The notes below the pieces were generated by a model, which searched no databases, was not told where the DNA came from, and worked only from the letters and a program-made list of their open reading frames with translations. Positions 26,556 to 41,742 of a stretch of DNA of 64,000 bases are shown here, piece after piece; positions within the stretch are counted from its first letter, which is position 1; every line of letters begins with the position of its first letter. The translations under genes were made by a program, and so were the position numbers. The stretch comes from Octopus sinensis (Eukaryota). The DNA is taken from the NCBI RefSeq assembly GCF_006345805.1, contig NC_043009.1:27280001-27344000 (forward strand), in the 5' to 3' direction.

Positions 26556-26780
26556 GGCGGCGAGCTGGCAAAAACGTGAGCACGCCGGGCGGAATGCTTA
26601 GCGGTATTTCGTCTGCCGTTACGTACTGAGTTCAAATTCTGCCGAGATCGACTTTGCCTTTCATCCTTTGGGGGTCGACAAATTAAGTACCAGTTACGCA
26701 CTGGGGTCTATGTAATCGATTTAATCCGTTTGTTTGTCCACTCTATGTTTTTACCCCTTGTGGGCAATAAAGAAATAAGA
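26556..26780 (+). mobile_element. SINE family 1 (Meta-domain-like), full length
   Basis: ggcggcgagctggc...gagttcaaatt...gtcgactttgcctttcatcctttgggggtcga...aagtacc. Other copies: ~372-535, 14471-14650, 14810-14935, 16141-16358(-), 20758-20970, 30137-30300, 45590-45810, 45970-46090, 47295-47510(-), 52212-52425, 60250-60415. The family name is from recall. Confidence 0.8.
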
Positions 26781-27225
26781 ATATCACAGATGTTGGTTAT
26801 TTAGAATATACACTCACTACCGCTACATAAGCAGGATATTCACTGTTTATGGTGATCCATAGTTAATAGGATTTGCCACTGAGAAATAAATGCTAATGTT
26901 ACGGACACAAAACAGTGTGTATGATGAAATATAAACTAACGAACTTGAACTTCATACCGGGAAGAATCGGATAAATGCGAGTCATAAATAAATGAAAGTT
27001 GGCAGAAAAATTCATAAGCTAACCAAAATACTCTCAAGGAATGTAACCAAATGAAGTTTATTTTTCAACATAGTCCCTTTTGCGATTCACATAATTCTTC
27101 CATCGGTGTTTGATTCAGAAATATATCTAAAATATTTTCTATTTTAACATAGATGCATCTTTCCGTATTACATACAGATGTAAATAACATGTTTGATTAT
27201 GTAATATGTAGTTGTTATTTTACAG

Positions 27226-27440
27226 GATGGTCTGCAGTATGCTATACTATGGTGTATCTCTTAATTCAGTTGATATGGCTGGAAACCGCTACTTAAACTT
27301 CCTGTTAATGCATGTCGTGGAGTTCCCCAGTATGGTAACTTCTTACTATTTGTGTAAACGCTTTGGTCATCGAAAACCGACTACGTTTTGTATGATGTTT
27401 AGTGGATTAAATTGCATTGTGTCAAATTTTGTAACCAAAG
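27226..27440 (+). CDS. slc22: G1 exon 6
   Basis: MVCSMLYYGVSLN...VEFP...RFGHRK; 215 nt, AG/GT. Confidence 0.9.
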
Positions 27441-27755
27441 GTATTGTATATCATAAATTTTATAATTTATACATGAGATTAATCTCATTAGGTTTAACTT
27501 ATATAAAATTTAATCGAAGTATTCTTTTTTATTTACGCTAATACTTATTTCATTTTATATTACGGTTTATCATACATCAGACATAAAAAATTTTAAAAAT
27601 TCAAGATGTTTATAACGAAAATTATATTTGTCTCACTACTGCTAATTAAGAGCCATAAGACAAACATTTACAACGGATTAATTATAATTAATCCAAAAGT
27701 CAGATCATAGATCACAAAATGTTTGCGTTATCTAACCTTGCATTTTATATTTCAG

Positions 27756-27864
27756 GTTCATTCTGGTTTCCTCTGATCCTGGTTATTCTGGGAAAGTTTG
27801 GAATCGCAGCTGCTTTTGCTTCAGTGTATCTTTTATCAGCAGAAATATTCCCAACAGTTGTTAG
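27756..27864 (+). CDS. slc22: G1 exon 7
   Basis: SFWFPLILVILGKFGIAAAFASVYLLSAEIFPTVVR; 109 nt. Confidence 0.9.
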
Positions 27865-28585
27865 GTAAGTGGCATCCAGACATCTTTTTGTCACAGTTAC
27901 ATATAATCAAGATGGTAACGTTTCAGATTGTTAGTGGTGTGCAGCCTTCAGTTGCTGTATTGTTGTAACTGTACAAACACATGTTTATCCTTCAACAATT
28001 AATTTCACTGAATTTTCACTGTATCGATCTGGTTACATTTGAGACCAATTTCTTAAACTTCGCTGACAAAATATTCATATAAAACTTCAATAATATTTGA
28101 AATCAGCGCATAAGGTATTGAAACAAATTAAATTGACCGATGAATTCTACCTCTCATCTACTACTTAATCCAGCTTTCCAACCACATTGTTCTGTGTGGC
28201 ACCTTGGGCAAGTGTCTTCTACTTTAACTACGGACTGACCAAAGCCTTGTCAGTAGATTTGGTAAATGGAAACTGAAAGAAACCCGTCGTATATATATAA
28301 GTGTGTGTGTGTTGTGTACTTTTGCGTCTGTGTTTGTCCCACTATTACCACTTGACAACCAGCGTTGGTGTGTTTGTGTCCCCGTAACTTAGCGGTTCGG
28401 CAAAGTATTCACAGTTTATGTTCCCTTATGTAAAAAAAGAACAAATAATGAACCAAAGACTTCAAAAACGAACCAACTTTTAGAATTATATTTGCTGGAA
28501 TACAGTAATGAATTTCCAAACTAATTTCATGATTGGGTACTGAGTTTCTGAAATCTAAGTATTACGGAAATACTACATTTAAAGG

Positions 28586-28885
28586 GTGGAGGCTCATGGC
28601 CTAGTGGTTAGAGCATTGGACTCGCTATCGAGGGTTCGGATCTCAGACCGGGCGATGTGTAAGTTTATGAGCGAAACACCTAAGTTCCACGCGGCTCCGG
28701 CAGAAGGTAATGGCGAATTTCTGCTGAGTCTTTCGCCACAACTTTCTGTCACTCTTTCCCTCCTGCATCTTGCAGTTCACCTGCGACTGGCCGGCGTCTC
28801 GTCCAGGTGGGGAACCAATACGCCAGGAGTATAGGTTTCCCACCTATATGAGCCAGGCATGGCTCGAAAAGGAACAAACAACACA
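28586..28885 (+). mobile_element. SINE family 3 (tRNA-derived head)
   Basis: A box tggcctagtgg and B box ggttcggatc. Copies at 58754-59050; related remnants at ~7745-7910, 21270-21500, 37490-37655. Confidence 0.65.
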
Positions 28886-29292
28886 TTTAAAGGAAGTCGT
28901 AGAACAAACAAAAGTAGAAGCCAATTCTTTTGTACACAAACAAATTCCAATTTTGAAACAGTCAAGTGGTTTTACATTGTAAAACCTTGTGCCCTTTTAA
29001 ATTTTTATGATGTGTCTCCAATAAAATTGATACAAGTTCCACAGTTAGAATGGCCAGACATTTCAACTGTTCGATTTGAGTCTCTAGTTGCTAAGTAGAT
29101 TTTAGGGGTTTTGGTGGTATGTTAAAGGATAACGATCTGAGCCACATTCTCTCTATAAAAACAATGGTCCGTCAAGACACAGTATACGATGCAGCTGCAC
29201 AAAGTAGACACTTTTGAAAATGACATGTGAAACCGGTCAGATGTGTGTGTTTATAATGTAAATAATCGTCATAGATTCTTTGTGCATGTTCA

Positions 29293-29348
<56 letters not shown>

Positions 29349-29580
29349 AATAGTGTTCGTCAACTGAAGTAAAGTAATAGGTTTGTACCATTAAAACTCC
29401 GGCTTGAACTGCAACTTAAGAAGGTAGTATTGACATTGCCTATCGTCGAAGGTAGCTAGAAGTGGTTTCTCCTGGAGCAAGGAAATATAGATTAAAATTG
29501 GAAATAAAAAAGCAAGACATCTGGTATCATTCGAAAAAGAATTTAGTTTGATTTAGATTGAGAATATAAACAGATGCAGT

Positions 29581-29648
29581 GTCTTACAGCTGTTTCTAGA
29601 ATAGTGAAGCACGTAGATCATGATACTGAATAAGGATTGCGTCATCAG
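29581..29648 (-). ncRNA. Degenerate hammerhead-like motif (copy at 59707-59774)
   Basis: Minus strand CTGATGA (CTGACGA in unit 2)...GAAACAGCTGTA-agac with palindromic stem III; stem II does not close. Confidence 0.35.
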
Positions 29649-30070
29649 ATCTAAAGAACTTAGTATAAAGATGAAGAATGATCAGTATAAAGATGGTGAG
29701 TACTAATGTCCTTGATTGAAGATATTTCTTCGTCTTTATATTTTTCTGACTTCTCTCTCTCTGTCTCTCTCTCTCCCTCTGTGTGTGTGTGTGTCTCTCT
29801 CTCTCTCTCCCTCTGTGTGCCTCTCTCTCTTCGATGAAGGAGTACTTAGCTGATGGAATTCCTTACTGAATATCATGATCCACATGCCTTACTATTATAG
29901 AAACATATGTTATAGGCTCTATCTTTTTATATTCTCAATCTAAATAAAATAGAATACTTTTTCAAGAGATGCCGAATGTTTCGCTTTTTCATTTTTTTTT
30001 TAATCTACCAAGCTAACTATGTATGCATGTATATGTGCGTGTGTGTGTGCGTGTGTGTCTGTGTATGTAT

Positions 30071-30120
<50 letters not shown>

Positions 30121-30678
30121 TGTGCGTGTGCATCTAGTGGATGCATGTAGCTTAATGACTAGATCCTTGCACGGCGTTTCGTCCGTCTTCATGCTCTGAG
30201 TTCAAATTCCACCGAGGTCGATTTTGCCTAACCTTTTGGGGCGTCCATAAAACAAGTACCACTTGAACACTGTAGTCGATGTGATCGACTTACTCACTCA
30301 TTCATCATCATTTATTATTGTCATCAATTTTATCAAACATTTCAAACGTCATCATTGCTGAAAGTTTAATTTCTTGAATTTACATGACCATTTTATGATT
30401 TCTATTGGTGGCGGTGGTGTGGGTGTGTGGAGATGTCCTATTGCTAGGGAAAGTTTTCCTGTACATTCATTTTCCTTTAAATGTTTAATTTGCTTTTATT
30501 TACCAAAAACAATTGTGAAACCGCTATGGCATTTAATAAATTTGCAAGATATTTTCAAAACTACAGTTCGTTTTGAGACCTAGATATTTTTCCCCCAAAA
30601 TTAATTCTCCTATATTTTTACTTGCACATATAAATATATATGTGTATATCTATCTATCTATCTATCTATATCTATCTA

Positions 30679-30783
<105 letters not shown>

Positions 30784-30789
30784 CTATCC

Positions 30790-30851
<62 letters not shown>

Positions 30852-31473
30852 ATATCTATCTATCTAACTATCTGTTGTAAAGCCTTCTTTTGTCACTGTT
30901 GTATCTGTCTCTTGACGACGGTTGTCGCTCTGACAGATATTGTTATATTCCGAAATCATCGATTGAATAGTTCTATCTGGCACTGTAAGATCCCCAAACG
31001 TCCACTCAGTATCACAGTATAATTACTACATCAGCACAGATACTACTATCAACACAATCCACACGTACTCTCGATTTTCCTGTGACGACCGGTTACTTCT
31101 CTATCCATAATGGCTGGTTACTACCACTTTTTACTGGGAGGGGTGTACAGTTTGACTATACAACACTATCTCTCTCTCTCTCTCTCTCTCTCTTCATATA
31201 TATATATATAAAGTGTGTATATCTGAGTATTTTTTTCTGTATATGCATATATGTATATATGTATAGCTGAAAAATAAAACGCTATTTTCCAGTGTGGAGA
31301 TGGACAATATTTATTCGATAATTTCTCAGTACTATTGATTAATTAAGGATTATTGATTTTTCATTGTGTTCCCTACATGCCTATGTGTATATTGAATTAT
31401 CTATATATAGTAAAGGGGAATCGAATCCAACTCAAAATAACTGTATACTAATCTCCACTTTTCTTCTTTTCAG

Positions 31474-31687
31474 AGCAAACGGCTTAGGTGTTGCGTCAGT
31501 GTCGGCCCGCATTGGTGGCATAATTGCACCCTTTATACTTCAGCTGTCAGCCTATATAAAATGGCTTCCTCTAAGTATTTACGGTGTCCTTTCAGTTATG
31601 TCCGGCATGCTGTTGCTCTTACTGCCAGAACCAAAGGATAAAGACTTGCCGCAAACATTTGAAGATCTGGAAAACTGGGAGACCTGA
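31474..31687 (+). CDS. slc22: G1 exon 8 (terminal)
   Basis: Translation identical to 1747-1960. Confidence 0.9.
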
Positions 31688-32662
31688 TAATGAGATAATA
31701 CACGAAGTAGTTACAGTGATAACATAATAGGGAATAGTTTGTTTGATTAAATATGCTGGAGAATTTACTTTCGAATTTTGTCCACACTGATATATTGCAA
31801 CAAATAAATTTGAGAAGAAAATTCAAACAATTTTCTGTTGACTTAAAAGATTTCTCCATTCAACAAATCAAATGTTGATAGAGGTTGACAAAGCACAATG
31901 TCACATTTTGCGTTCGTCAGTCGAAGTTCATATGACTAATACTAACGATAATGTTTTTTTTTTTCAAACCTAACATTGATATTGTGTATCTTATCAAACT
32001 GATATGAGTGAATATGTTGGTAGAATTCGGACCATGAAAACCGAAAATATATATATAATATTATGATTCCTTCCTATGTTTTATCATCTCTTGCAAGTAG
32101 CCATCTTTATATGGTTCATCTATTAATAACTATATCTTTGATTTATACACACACACACACACGCACACACATATATATATGGGATGAATTAGAGAAATGG
32201 TTTGAACATCATTCTTATTTCAAATCACTGCAGTTGTTTCCACACATCGTTAGGCCTGTAGTACATTGGTGAGATCATATAATTAAAATCTTGTGTAATC
32301 TCTATCATCAGTGAAAGGTGTAAAATATGCTTCTACGAGAGAGTATTTTTGCATAAATCCTTCGGTAGGCCGTACTGTCGTTTTTTAACTCATATGAGAA
32401 CGAATATCCAAAGCAGTGTGCTATTTTCAGCTATTTGCAAGCAAAAATAATCCCATAGATATAGTGACAGACAAAATACACGTTTAATCAAAATACAAAA
32501 TACAGAAACAAAGAAACAGACACAGAAGCCATCTACCTCAAGTGAATTGTAAACTACAATTCTATATTTTTGGTGAGATTATAAGGAAGAAAAATAAAAG
32601 TAGAATGAAGAATAAAATTAGAGAAAATAATGTGATAAATAGTGACCGTTTCTGAACTTATC

Positions 32663-33073
32663 AACTATTTACTAGAAAGTGAATCGAAAAGGAGTGATGT
32701 TTCATCAGGACAATGCGCGACCCCACACTGCAAAGATCACATCACAGAAGATCGAAGAGCTTGGTTGGGAAAAATTACACATCCACCTTATTCTCCCGAC
32801 CTTGCTCCTTCAGACTACCATTTGTTTTGTAGTTTACAGAATCATTTGGGAGACATAACATTCGCAAGCCAGCGGGAGGAGGAAACTGACATTTCAGAGT
32901 TCTTCGCTTTGAAGCCAAAAGAGTTTTAAATCGATGGGATTAAAAAGCTTGTGAATAGATGGAAGGAATCCATAGATAATCAGGGAAAGTACATTGATGA
33001 TTAACTTTCAATTAAATATAACATTTAATCACTTTATTCAAAATTCGGACAGAACTTATGAGATGACCAGATA
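32663..33073 (+). mobile_element. Mariner fragment (unit 2)
   Basis: Copy of 2920-3330. Confidence 0.88.
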
Positions 33074-33774
33074 TATATCTGTGTGTGTGTGTATGTGTAC
33101 GACAGATTTCTACCAAATCTACTGAGAAGGCTCTGGTGAGCCCGAGGCAATAGTAGAAGACACTTGCCTAATGTGCCAGGCAGTGGGACTGAACCCAGAA
33201 CCATGTGGTTGGGAAGCAAGCTTCTTATCACAGTCACATCTTGTTGTACTTTATTGTGTGTATCTGAATATACTGCAGTGAAAGTACGTGGCCTAGTAAT
33301 GAGGGGATGAGGGTATGTATATATATATGTATGTGTGTGCACGCGCGCGTATGTATGTGCGTGTGTGTGCGCGCGTGTATGTGTATCTGTGTGCGCATTT
33401 GTTTTGTACGATTCTTGATGTAAAATCGTGTTGAAACAGATATTGTTATAGCCATTTTGCCAATAAACACACCCACTATTTATTTGACCTTTATTTTAAC
33501 TTGTCAAAGATCTTTCGTAACACATTCTGTGATCTCTTCACTGACTGCCTGTTTCTTGTGTCTCTCAGGCCTCGTCCGGCCTATTTCATCATCGGCAAGA
33601 TGGAATAGAGAGGACAAGACCAGACAGAAGAGGAAACACTAAGAAGTCCAGAAGAGGTCATTGAAGAGGTCACAATGCGTGACAAAAGAACTCTAGTAAA
33701 TAAACTACTGCTGCTACTGCTGCTACTACTACTACTACTACTACTACTAATAATAATAATAATAATAATAATAA

Positions 33775-33827
<53 letters not shown>

Positions 33828-34509
33828 ACAACAACAACAACAACAACATCAAATGCAGAATGCATATGTGAATATTTTTGTACTCAATGTTTAATATTTT
33901 AAATGTTTTATTAAACGTTCACAATTCTAGTATATCAAATAGTTATTTCTCCTTAATACTGGAGCACATATATACTTTTAGAGACACATTTTGTAAATCT
34001 CGAATGGCAGAATGTTATAACCACATTGTAAATACATTATAAAATATCACGTGATTACTTTCGAGGCACAATCACTGAGACATTGATCGATTTATGATCT
34101 TTTACTTTATATGGTCAACAGTCGAGCTTCCATATTAATTTTATCAAATTACTTTTATTAAACATTTATTTAATTCAGTAATATTTACGTGAATGATAGT
34201 TACATCATATAAAGGATAATGAAGTCCGAAGCGATAACTTTTACATAAGTAAACCATTGATCCAAAACCTCTCTTACTCTTAAAATTCCTTTGGTAAAAA
34301 ATATTTATTTCTAGTAATGAGGCAGGAATTACTTCAAGTACCCTCCTTTGTTCACTCAAATAAGTATTTAATACAAATTATTTCTCAGCTCTGCATACAT
34401 AGGATGCAAATAGTTAATAATTAAGATGTTTGTAGCCAAGATTATATTTGTTTCACAACTGTTAATTAATTACCATATGACATATTATAACGGATAATCT
34501 AATTAAAAG

Positions 34510-34621
34510 TGTGATCATTCTGGTTTCCGGTGATCCTGGTTGTTCTGGGAAAGTTTGGAATCTCTGGAGCGTTTACTTCAATTTTTCTTTTATCAGCAGA
34601 AATATTTCCAACCGTTGTTCG
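34510..34621 (+). pseudogene. Ghost SLC22 exon 7 (unit 2)
   Basis: Copy of 4765-4876. Confidence 0.85.
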
Positions 34622-35937
34622 GTAATCGTTCTTGATATTTATCTTTTGAATATGTGAGCGTTTTAATTAGCTAAGTAGACAGCATTTCAAACACCACATA
34701 ATGTGTAGCTTCCGCTGCACTCTCAGGTGAATACTTTTGTTTCAGGTTTCTGCTGCACTCTCAGGTGAATACTTTTGTTTCAGGTTTCTGCTGCACTCTC
34801 AGGTGAATACTTTTGTCTCCCAACCTTTCAGATCAACGAAATATTACAGAATTACTTGCTTACATCAACAAAACTTTCACCTTCACGCTGTACGTTTTGT
34901 ATATTTCATCATGGATTTACTATTCCCCATATCACTTTATGATTTCCTCATCGCTCCATGATATTATTTCTCTATTTCTTTATTTCACCATATAAGTTCT
35001 TGGTAATTTACAATAAAATTAAAAATTGAAATTAAAATTAAAAAAAGACAGAAGGGCGCTACTTTTGGATGACACATTTTGCTTATCTCCGTTGTGTTTT
35101 GACTCTTGAGAAAAAAAAACTGTGTTGGATGATGAATTTGTTAGCATTATTTTGAGTATGTGTAATGTTTGTATATTTTGGTGTTAAGGGAGTTCATCAG
35201 GAGGGCCGCGTACCTTCTATGTATACCTTCTATGTATACCATCTATGTGTGGAGATCGTATTTTGTACATATTCAATGTTCACGTTCAGGGAAAGAAACA
35301 ATCCTGATGATATCGGCAGAGTGGGTGGGAGTTGTTCGAAATGCCGGAGTGTAAAATATTGCTTGTGCATGGAAGGAGACAAGATACCATCCCTGATGTT
35401 TAGCTTTTCCCATTTGGTGCCTCGTACCCTGTATTTTCTGGATGTAATAATAATGCTGTATGTTATTTGGGAGTTTCTTTTCTCAAAAGTCAAGCCCAAG
35501 GGAGATAATCATTAAAAAGGGGAGGAGTATCCAAAGGTTGCAAGACGCAACGGACATTTTAGAAAAATAAAAAAGAAATAAATGGAAATTTTACTGGTGA
35601 ATGTGTTAAATTATAAAGCACCAAAAGAGGATGACTCTCCCTAGACACAAGTATATATATATGCATATATATATATACTTTATTGAAAAACAGCAAATAT
35701 ATCACAAAAACTGTTACTCGGAGTTTCACGTTTTCGTTCGTCGGACACTTTTGTATATGTCTGTATATCAGGATTATAAATACTCATAACTTTCCATTGT
35801 GATGATATTTATATCACAAACTTTCTCAGTATTACGGTTTAAGCAAACCTCATGAATGTTTCATGCATTTATCTCTATTTGTTATGTGTACGTCTCAATT
35901 ATGAACACAAACTAATTTGTATTATTCTTGCTTTCAG

Positions 35938-36143
35938 AACAAATGGGTTAGGAATAGCTTCATTGTCTTCCCGCATCGGGGGCGTAAGTGCGCCCTTTTT
36001 ACTGCAACTCTCGTACTATGTGAAATGGCTTCCCCTAGGTATCTTTGGCCTTTGGTCGGTGATTATTGTTGCTGTTACTTCCAGACACAAAACATAGAAA
36101 CTTACCTGAAAAATTTGAAGATTTGGACAACTGGAAAAGCTGA
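35938..36143 (+). pseudogene. Ghost SLC22 exon 8 (unit 2)
   Basis: Copy of 6193-6398 with the same 8-nt deletion. Confidence 0.88.
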
Positions 36144-38004
36144 TAAAGCAACATTTTTACTGGATAGAAAATGAAGTAAAATTTCATGCAAAAGATTATA
36201 TTGACAAATTGCAGTTTTTTAAATATTTATTATCTCTGATATTTTACAATAAATGATTTCAAAAGCAAGATCAAATAATGTCCTCTTAATCTTAAATTAT
36301 TACTTTGAGGTTATTTTAAATATTAACTGTTCATTTGTTATATCACATTTAGAAGGTATATATGCTAGTTAGATGAATTGGGTACATTTTACTGATGATA
36401 ATCACAAAAATATTAATAGAAATTACGAAAGAGTAAGAAGCATTTTAAAGGTAGGGCCAGTTCATGACACGGATTATTATGAAGGTCCTGGTTTCCAGAC
36501 TAGGACAGAGTCAGAGGTTCATTTTGGAGTCGAGAAGTTAAAGTTATGGAGTATAACACGATGCAGATATTTGACATCAGTGATAAACAGGCATTTACAG
36601 GTTTTATGAACAAAAGTAAAGCAGCTGAAGAATTAATGGCCAAAGTTGGTTTCCATGCTAAAAGAGGGGAAAGTAGAAGCAAAGGGAGACATAAGTTGGT
36701 CAAAGTAATTGTATGAAATGCTTATCAATTCTATTAATGAAGATTGTTCCTATATTAGACCTAACTCTCACTGGGAAGGGAGAAAAAACTAATTTTCTTT
36801 ACACACATGCATAAAAATGCAGGTATACAGACTCATTCCGTACAAAATTATTTCTTTCTGTGAACGCACTGAAGCATAATTTTTAGTGCAGTGATTGTTG
36901 CTTAGCCTCAATTCCTCTAGTTTCGATCCTTCGATCCTTTTAACTTTTCGTGAAGTAAAACTTTAATTTTAGTAGCCAATATGTCTTTCGTTTATAACAA
37001 AGATTTGAGGCTGATTTGTGTGCTGTTAAATCTAACAGCAATAGTGTTTACCTAATTGCTATGTTTTTGTATCACTGTTAAAAGATAGATGAGCTTCTTT
37101 TCTATAAAATATAGGTCCGTTTCAGCATGTGAAAACTCCGAATATAGTGCTAAGTTACAAAAGAAAGTTCCACACGAAACGATACGGTAACTCGGTTTCA
37201 ATTCCCAAATTTCATTTCATTTAAGTCGTTAATGAACATATAAAAAATGAAAGTCGTAATTTCACATTTTTTCGGTTCTAAGAACATCTTATTTCATGTC
37301 AGTGTAAGAAATAATTTCAACATCTAGTCTGCTTCAACATATTCACATGAACTCTTTACTTTGGAAGTTGGAAAGATTTTGCTAAACGAGTTCCCTAAAT
37401 ACTTTTGAGTGCCACATGTACAGTGAAGACGCATATCTTGGTGGTTAAGATGAGTTTTCATGATCATTAGGTCGTAGTTTCAATTTTTAGACAGGGTGGT
37501 TCGTTGTGTTCTTGAGCAAAACACTTCATGTTCCGTTACTCTACCTGAAGATGGGTTCCAGAAAAGGCTGGAGAGTTACCGCTGCAAAGGACTGGCGTCC
37601 CGTTCACGGGCTAAGAGTTGTGAGCTCAGTCATTTATACGCAATGGAAACAATGTTGTTCCACTTCATGTGTCATTGGTTTCATAAAAGACCGAAGTCAA
37701 TAAGTTGCCTTCAAATTTAAACTTCAAACTATGGAGCAGGCAATGTTTAAACCCTAAATTTCCAGTAAAAAGCTTATTACTTTCAAAACAGAATGTTTCA
37801 TTGAATTAGCTACCAAAATTTTATTCCAACTACAGTGAGAGATCACAAGAAATAATCCATAAAAATGGTAAATCTTAGAGCCGTTTAATCGTTTATTCAG
37901 GTTTAATTAAAACCTCCATTAATCTACACTTCACATCCTAATGAGGTTTTTTTTCTTTTGTTCATATAGATAATTAAATTTCCAGTTATTTTCATTGCGT
38001 ACAG

Positions 38005-38146
38005 GTTTAGTCGGAGAGTTGATATTTGACGAATACAATACTGGTCGTCTGTGGACTTTTTGTACCATCATTGATCAGTTTCGTTATTCTCTATACTATT
38101 CAAGCTTCTGGGTATTTGGGACTCGTACTTACCACATATGCACTGG
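38005..38146 (+). pseudogene. Ghost SLC22 exon 3, lineage B (unit 2)
   Basis: Homologous to 8259-8400. Confidence 0.8.
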
Positions 38147-38162
38147 ACAGTTATTCATATAC

Positions 38163-38274
<112 letters not shown>

Positions 38275-38687
38275 TCTTTTATTGTTTCAGTCATTTTGAC
38301 TCGGGCATGTTGGAGCACCACCTCAAAGGGGTTTTAGTCGATTCAATCGACCCAAAGACTTATTCGTTGTAAGCCTAGTACTTATGCTATCGGTCTTTTA
38401 TGCCGAGCCACTAAGTTACGGAGACGTAAATACACCAATGTCGGTTGTCAAGCGATGGATATACAAAGACACACATAATTATATACATATAATATATACA
38501 CTGCGGGCTTCTTTTAGTTTCCATCTACCAAATCGACTCACAAGGATTTGGTCGGCCCGCAACTATAGTAGAAGACACTTGCCCAAGGTGCCACCCAGTG
38601 GGACCGAACCTGGAACTATGTGGTTGGGAAGCAAGATTGCTACCACACAGCTATATATGTTATATGTATAAATATCGTGAATATGTG

Positions 38688-38736
<49 letters not shown>

Positions 38737-40184
38737 ATTTCAGGATGGTCAATTTTGGGCCAAATAAACACACGCAATATAGATACGTTCTTCACTTCAG
38801 ATTTATCATTGTTTATATATTTTTCGTCTGGAAATCTTTCGCCACATATCTGTAATCCCTTCAAGAGATGTTCCCCTACATTCTAACACTCCCGTCATCC
38901 GTCACTTCCGCTTGGCCTTCCTCCTCTAACATCTTCGTCCTTGGCCTCGCTACACGATGGATCCACACTCACGACTTCGCCTGGACACAGTATATCTTTA
39001 ATCTACAGACAACTATCCTCCACGGACTACAACCCCTCCTCTGTATGCCTAATAAAGCATAGCCAATAGCATACAAACAGCTCCGTATAACAAGGAAGGG
39101 AAACAACTGCGAAGGAACATAATTCACTGTTATAACCCACAAATCGTGGGTTACAAATAACTTTTCTAAGATTGAATTTCTTCTTAACCTTCGTGTACTG
39201 AAAATATTTTCTTAGTTCATTTAGGATTTAACTAATTTTGGATCGCCTTGAAAACGTTGTGTTAACATGTATTTTCGGATATATTGATTTGAATTACATA
39301 TTCTGTATCAAAATATGATGATACGACAGAAACAATCATCGGCTTTCTATGGTGAATTCACAATTAAAGATGTGATTTTTTTCTATCCGTATTTCTTTTG
39401 TCTAATAGTCTGAAATTCACGAAGATCTTTTAATATATATTTAGATTTGCTTGCAATACACAAGGAATGACCTTCGGTGTGTATTCTACTTGCATTTATT
39501 GATGTCTGATTGTTTGATAGACATAACCAAATTCGTTTAAAACTAAGAGCTTTATTGCTATCTGCCAGGATGTTTTAATCCCTTTTTGCTCTTATTGCAC
39601 ATATATAGCCAAGATAGATGTGTTAACAACCCAGTAGACCCCAAGTAAAAATGAATTGAAAAAGAGGTTGTTTTTTCACTTATAATATCTGAAGATTTTC
39701 CTATATCAAGAATTAGTCAGAGATTTTCGAAGCGTTGGTCACGGCTACTTGAAATTTGGATTTATTTACGAGAATGTGAGTAGATGTGTGTGTGTGCACA
39801 AATGCATGCATACACACACGCGCGCGCGCGCTCACACAGATACATACTCACATATTTTATATTGTTCTCTATGTGTTCTACGAATAAAATGAATTAATTT
39901 AAACATTTACAAAAATTCATACAATTGTTCCCAATTAAATTTTAAATATTCATTATGGTCAACTTTCGATGTTCCTTTTGACAACAATCAAATCATTGGT
40001 CCCTGAACAAAAAAAATCTATGACTAAAATAGAAATACTGACCGAAATAAGGAGTAGTTCTTATTCTTATTATTACACAGTTTAAATTAAAGAGAAAACG
40101 CTCCAAACTTTACGCATTGTTATTTAAAGAAAATTTTATGAAATTCTTCAATGTTTAAATTTATTTTTATTAATCTACTTACAG

Positions 40185-40290
40185 TTTTGGTTTAGTATGC
40201 GAAAACAAATGGTTAAGGATCAACTTTGCAGTCAGTTAATTTTGCTGGCTATCTTGTTGAAGCAATAGTATCTGGTGCTTTAGCTGACAG
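40185..40290 (+). pseudogene. Ghost SLC22 exon 2 (unit 2, frameshifted)
   Basis: Homologous to 10659-10762 with two +1 insertions (106 nt). Confidence 0.82.
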
Positions 40291-41585
40291 GTAAGATCTT
40301 CTTCCTTTTTGTATATCCAGTGGATTGTATATGTCGTTTGTCTTTGATATTCCATGCATTCTACCAGAATTCTTTCCTTTTGTAGGTTTCATTATTAATT
40401 TCCACGTTATAGTAAAATCAATCATTGGTGGAGGAAATTGGTATTTTTTGTACATGAGATATGTTGTTGCTATTTCTTTTGTTTAATTTGAAGTTAGAAA
40501 TGATGAACTACTTGCAAGATCAGATTAGAAAACCCATCGCATTGATTATAACATTGTTGTCTGGTGAAGATATTTGAAGACATTTTTCTCTTTACTCTTT
40601 ATGGACTATTTTCTTACTAATCGGAGTAAACTCCTTGTAGTCTAGATGAGGGATTCTGTTTTAGTTATCAGTAGTGTAATTACCAAATGTTAAAAAGTCA
40701 AGTTCCTAAACAGACGATATTTTGACTCAGTTCACATTCTCAATTGTAATTATATTATATCATTTACGTCATTAATGAACAAACCGAACGTCACAGTTTC
40801 ACATTTCTGCAGTGCTAAGAATTACCTATTTCATACCTGTATCAGGAACAGTTCAAGCAGCTAAAGTGCCTTGATATATTTAGTTGAATTGCTTAACGAA
40901 GTGGTTATATTTCGCCGAGCAATCTCCCCAAGACATTTTTATAAGGGGTGCCACACGCTTTTAGACTTACTCGTTAACATAGCATATATTACAAAATTTC
41001 AAGTAACGGCATATACGAAATCCGTTATATTTTCATTTGCAAAAAGAAAATCCAGAGGATATTAAACAATAATATATTAAATAATAAAACAGCTTCTGTT
41101 TATTTTTATAGATACTTAAGATCATGATTAATCTACAATCTAGTTTTTCTTATGAGATTTTCATTTATGTTCTTTCTTTTTCTTATGTTATAGTCAATTA
41201 ATAACTTTTATTTTATCTTCCTCTTTTACTAATGTATACCACCCATCTCTGTCTGCCTGCTTCTCTCTCTCTCTCTCTCTCTCACTCTCTCGCTCTCTTT
41301 CTCTCTGACACTCGTTTACACATAAACATGAAATCAGATATATATACACACAAAAATAGACAATTCCCTCTCGCAGTCTTTTATTAATATCACGTTTCAG
41401 TTTTGGCGCAGTTAAAGACCTTCTCTGTTATGAGACCTTGTCACCAGACAAAGCGTAAACAATATTTTTCGAAAATACGTTACGTAAATGTGCAATCCTA
41501 GTGCTCAGTTTTTGTTCCTATATTTATTAACAAGCCATTTAAAATTTCTTAAACAATATTTTGAGCATTTCTGATTTCCATATAG

Positions 41586-41742
41586 ATTTGGTCGGAGAAC
41601 CATTTTATTGCTTGCAAATACATGCCTAGTCGTTTGCAGAGTTACCAAAATTTTCATACCATCGTTGATAATTTTTTCCCCATTCTTTATTGGATTCAGG
41701 CTTCTGGTAATATTGGCATACTATCTAGAAGTTATACATGAA
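41586..41742 (+). pseudogene. Ghost SLC22 exon 3, lineage C (unit 2)
   Basis: Homologous to 12069-12225 with the same +2 shift and dead donor. Confidence 0.85.

Noticed and set aside
28586-28660. tRNA gene
   Set aside because: The A/B boxes belong to a tRNA-derived SINE head; no complete cloverleaf is present.
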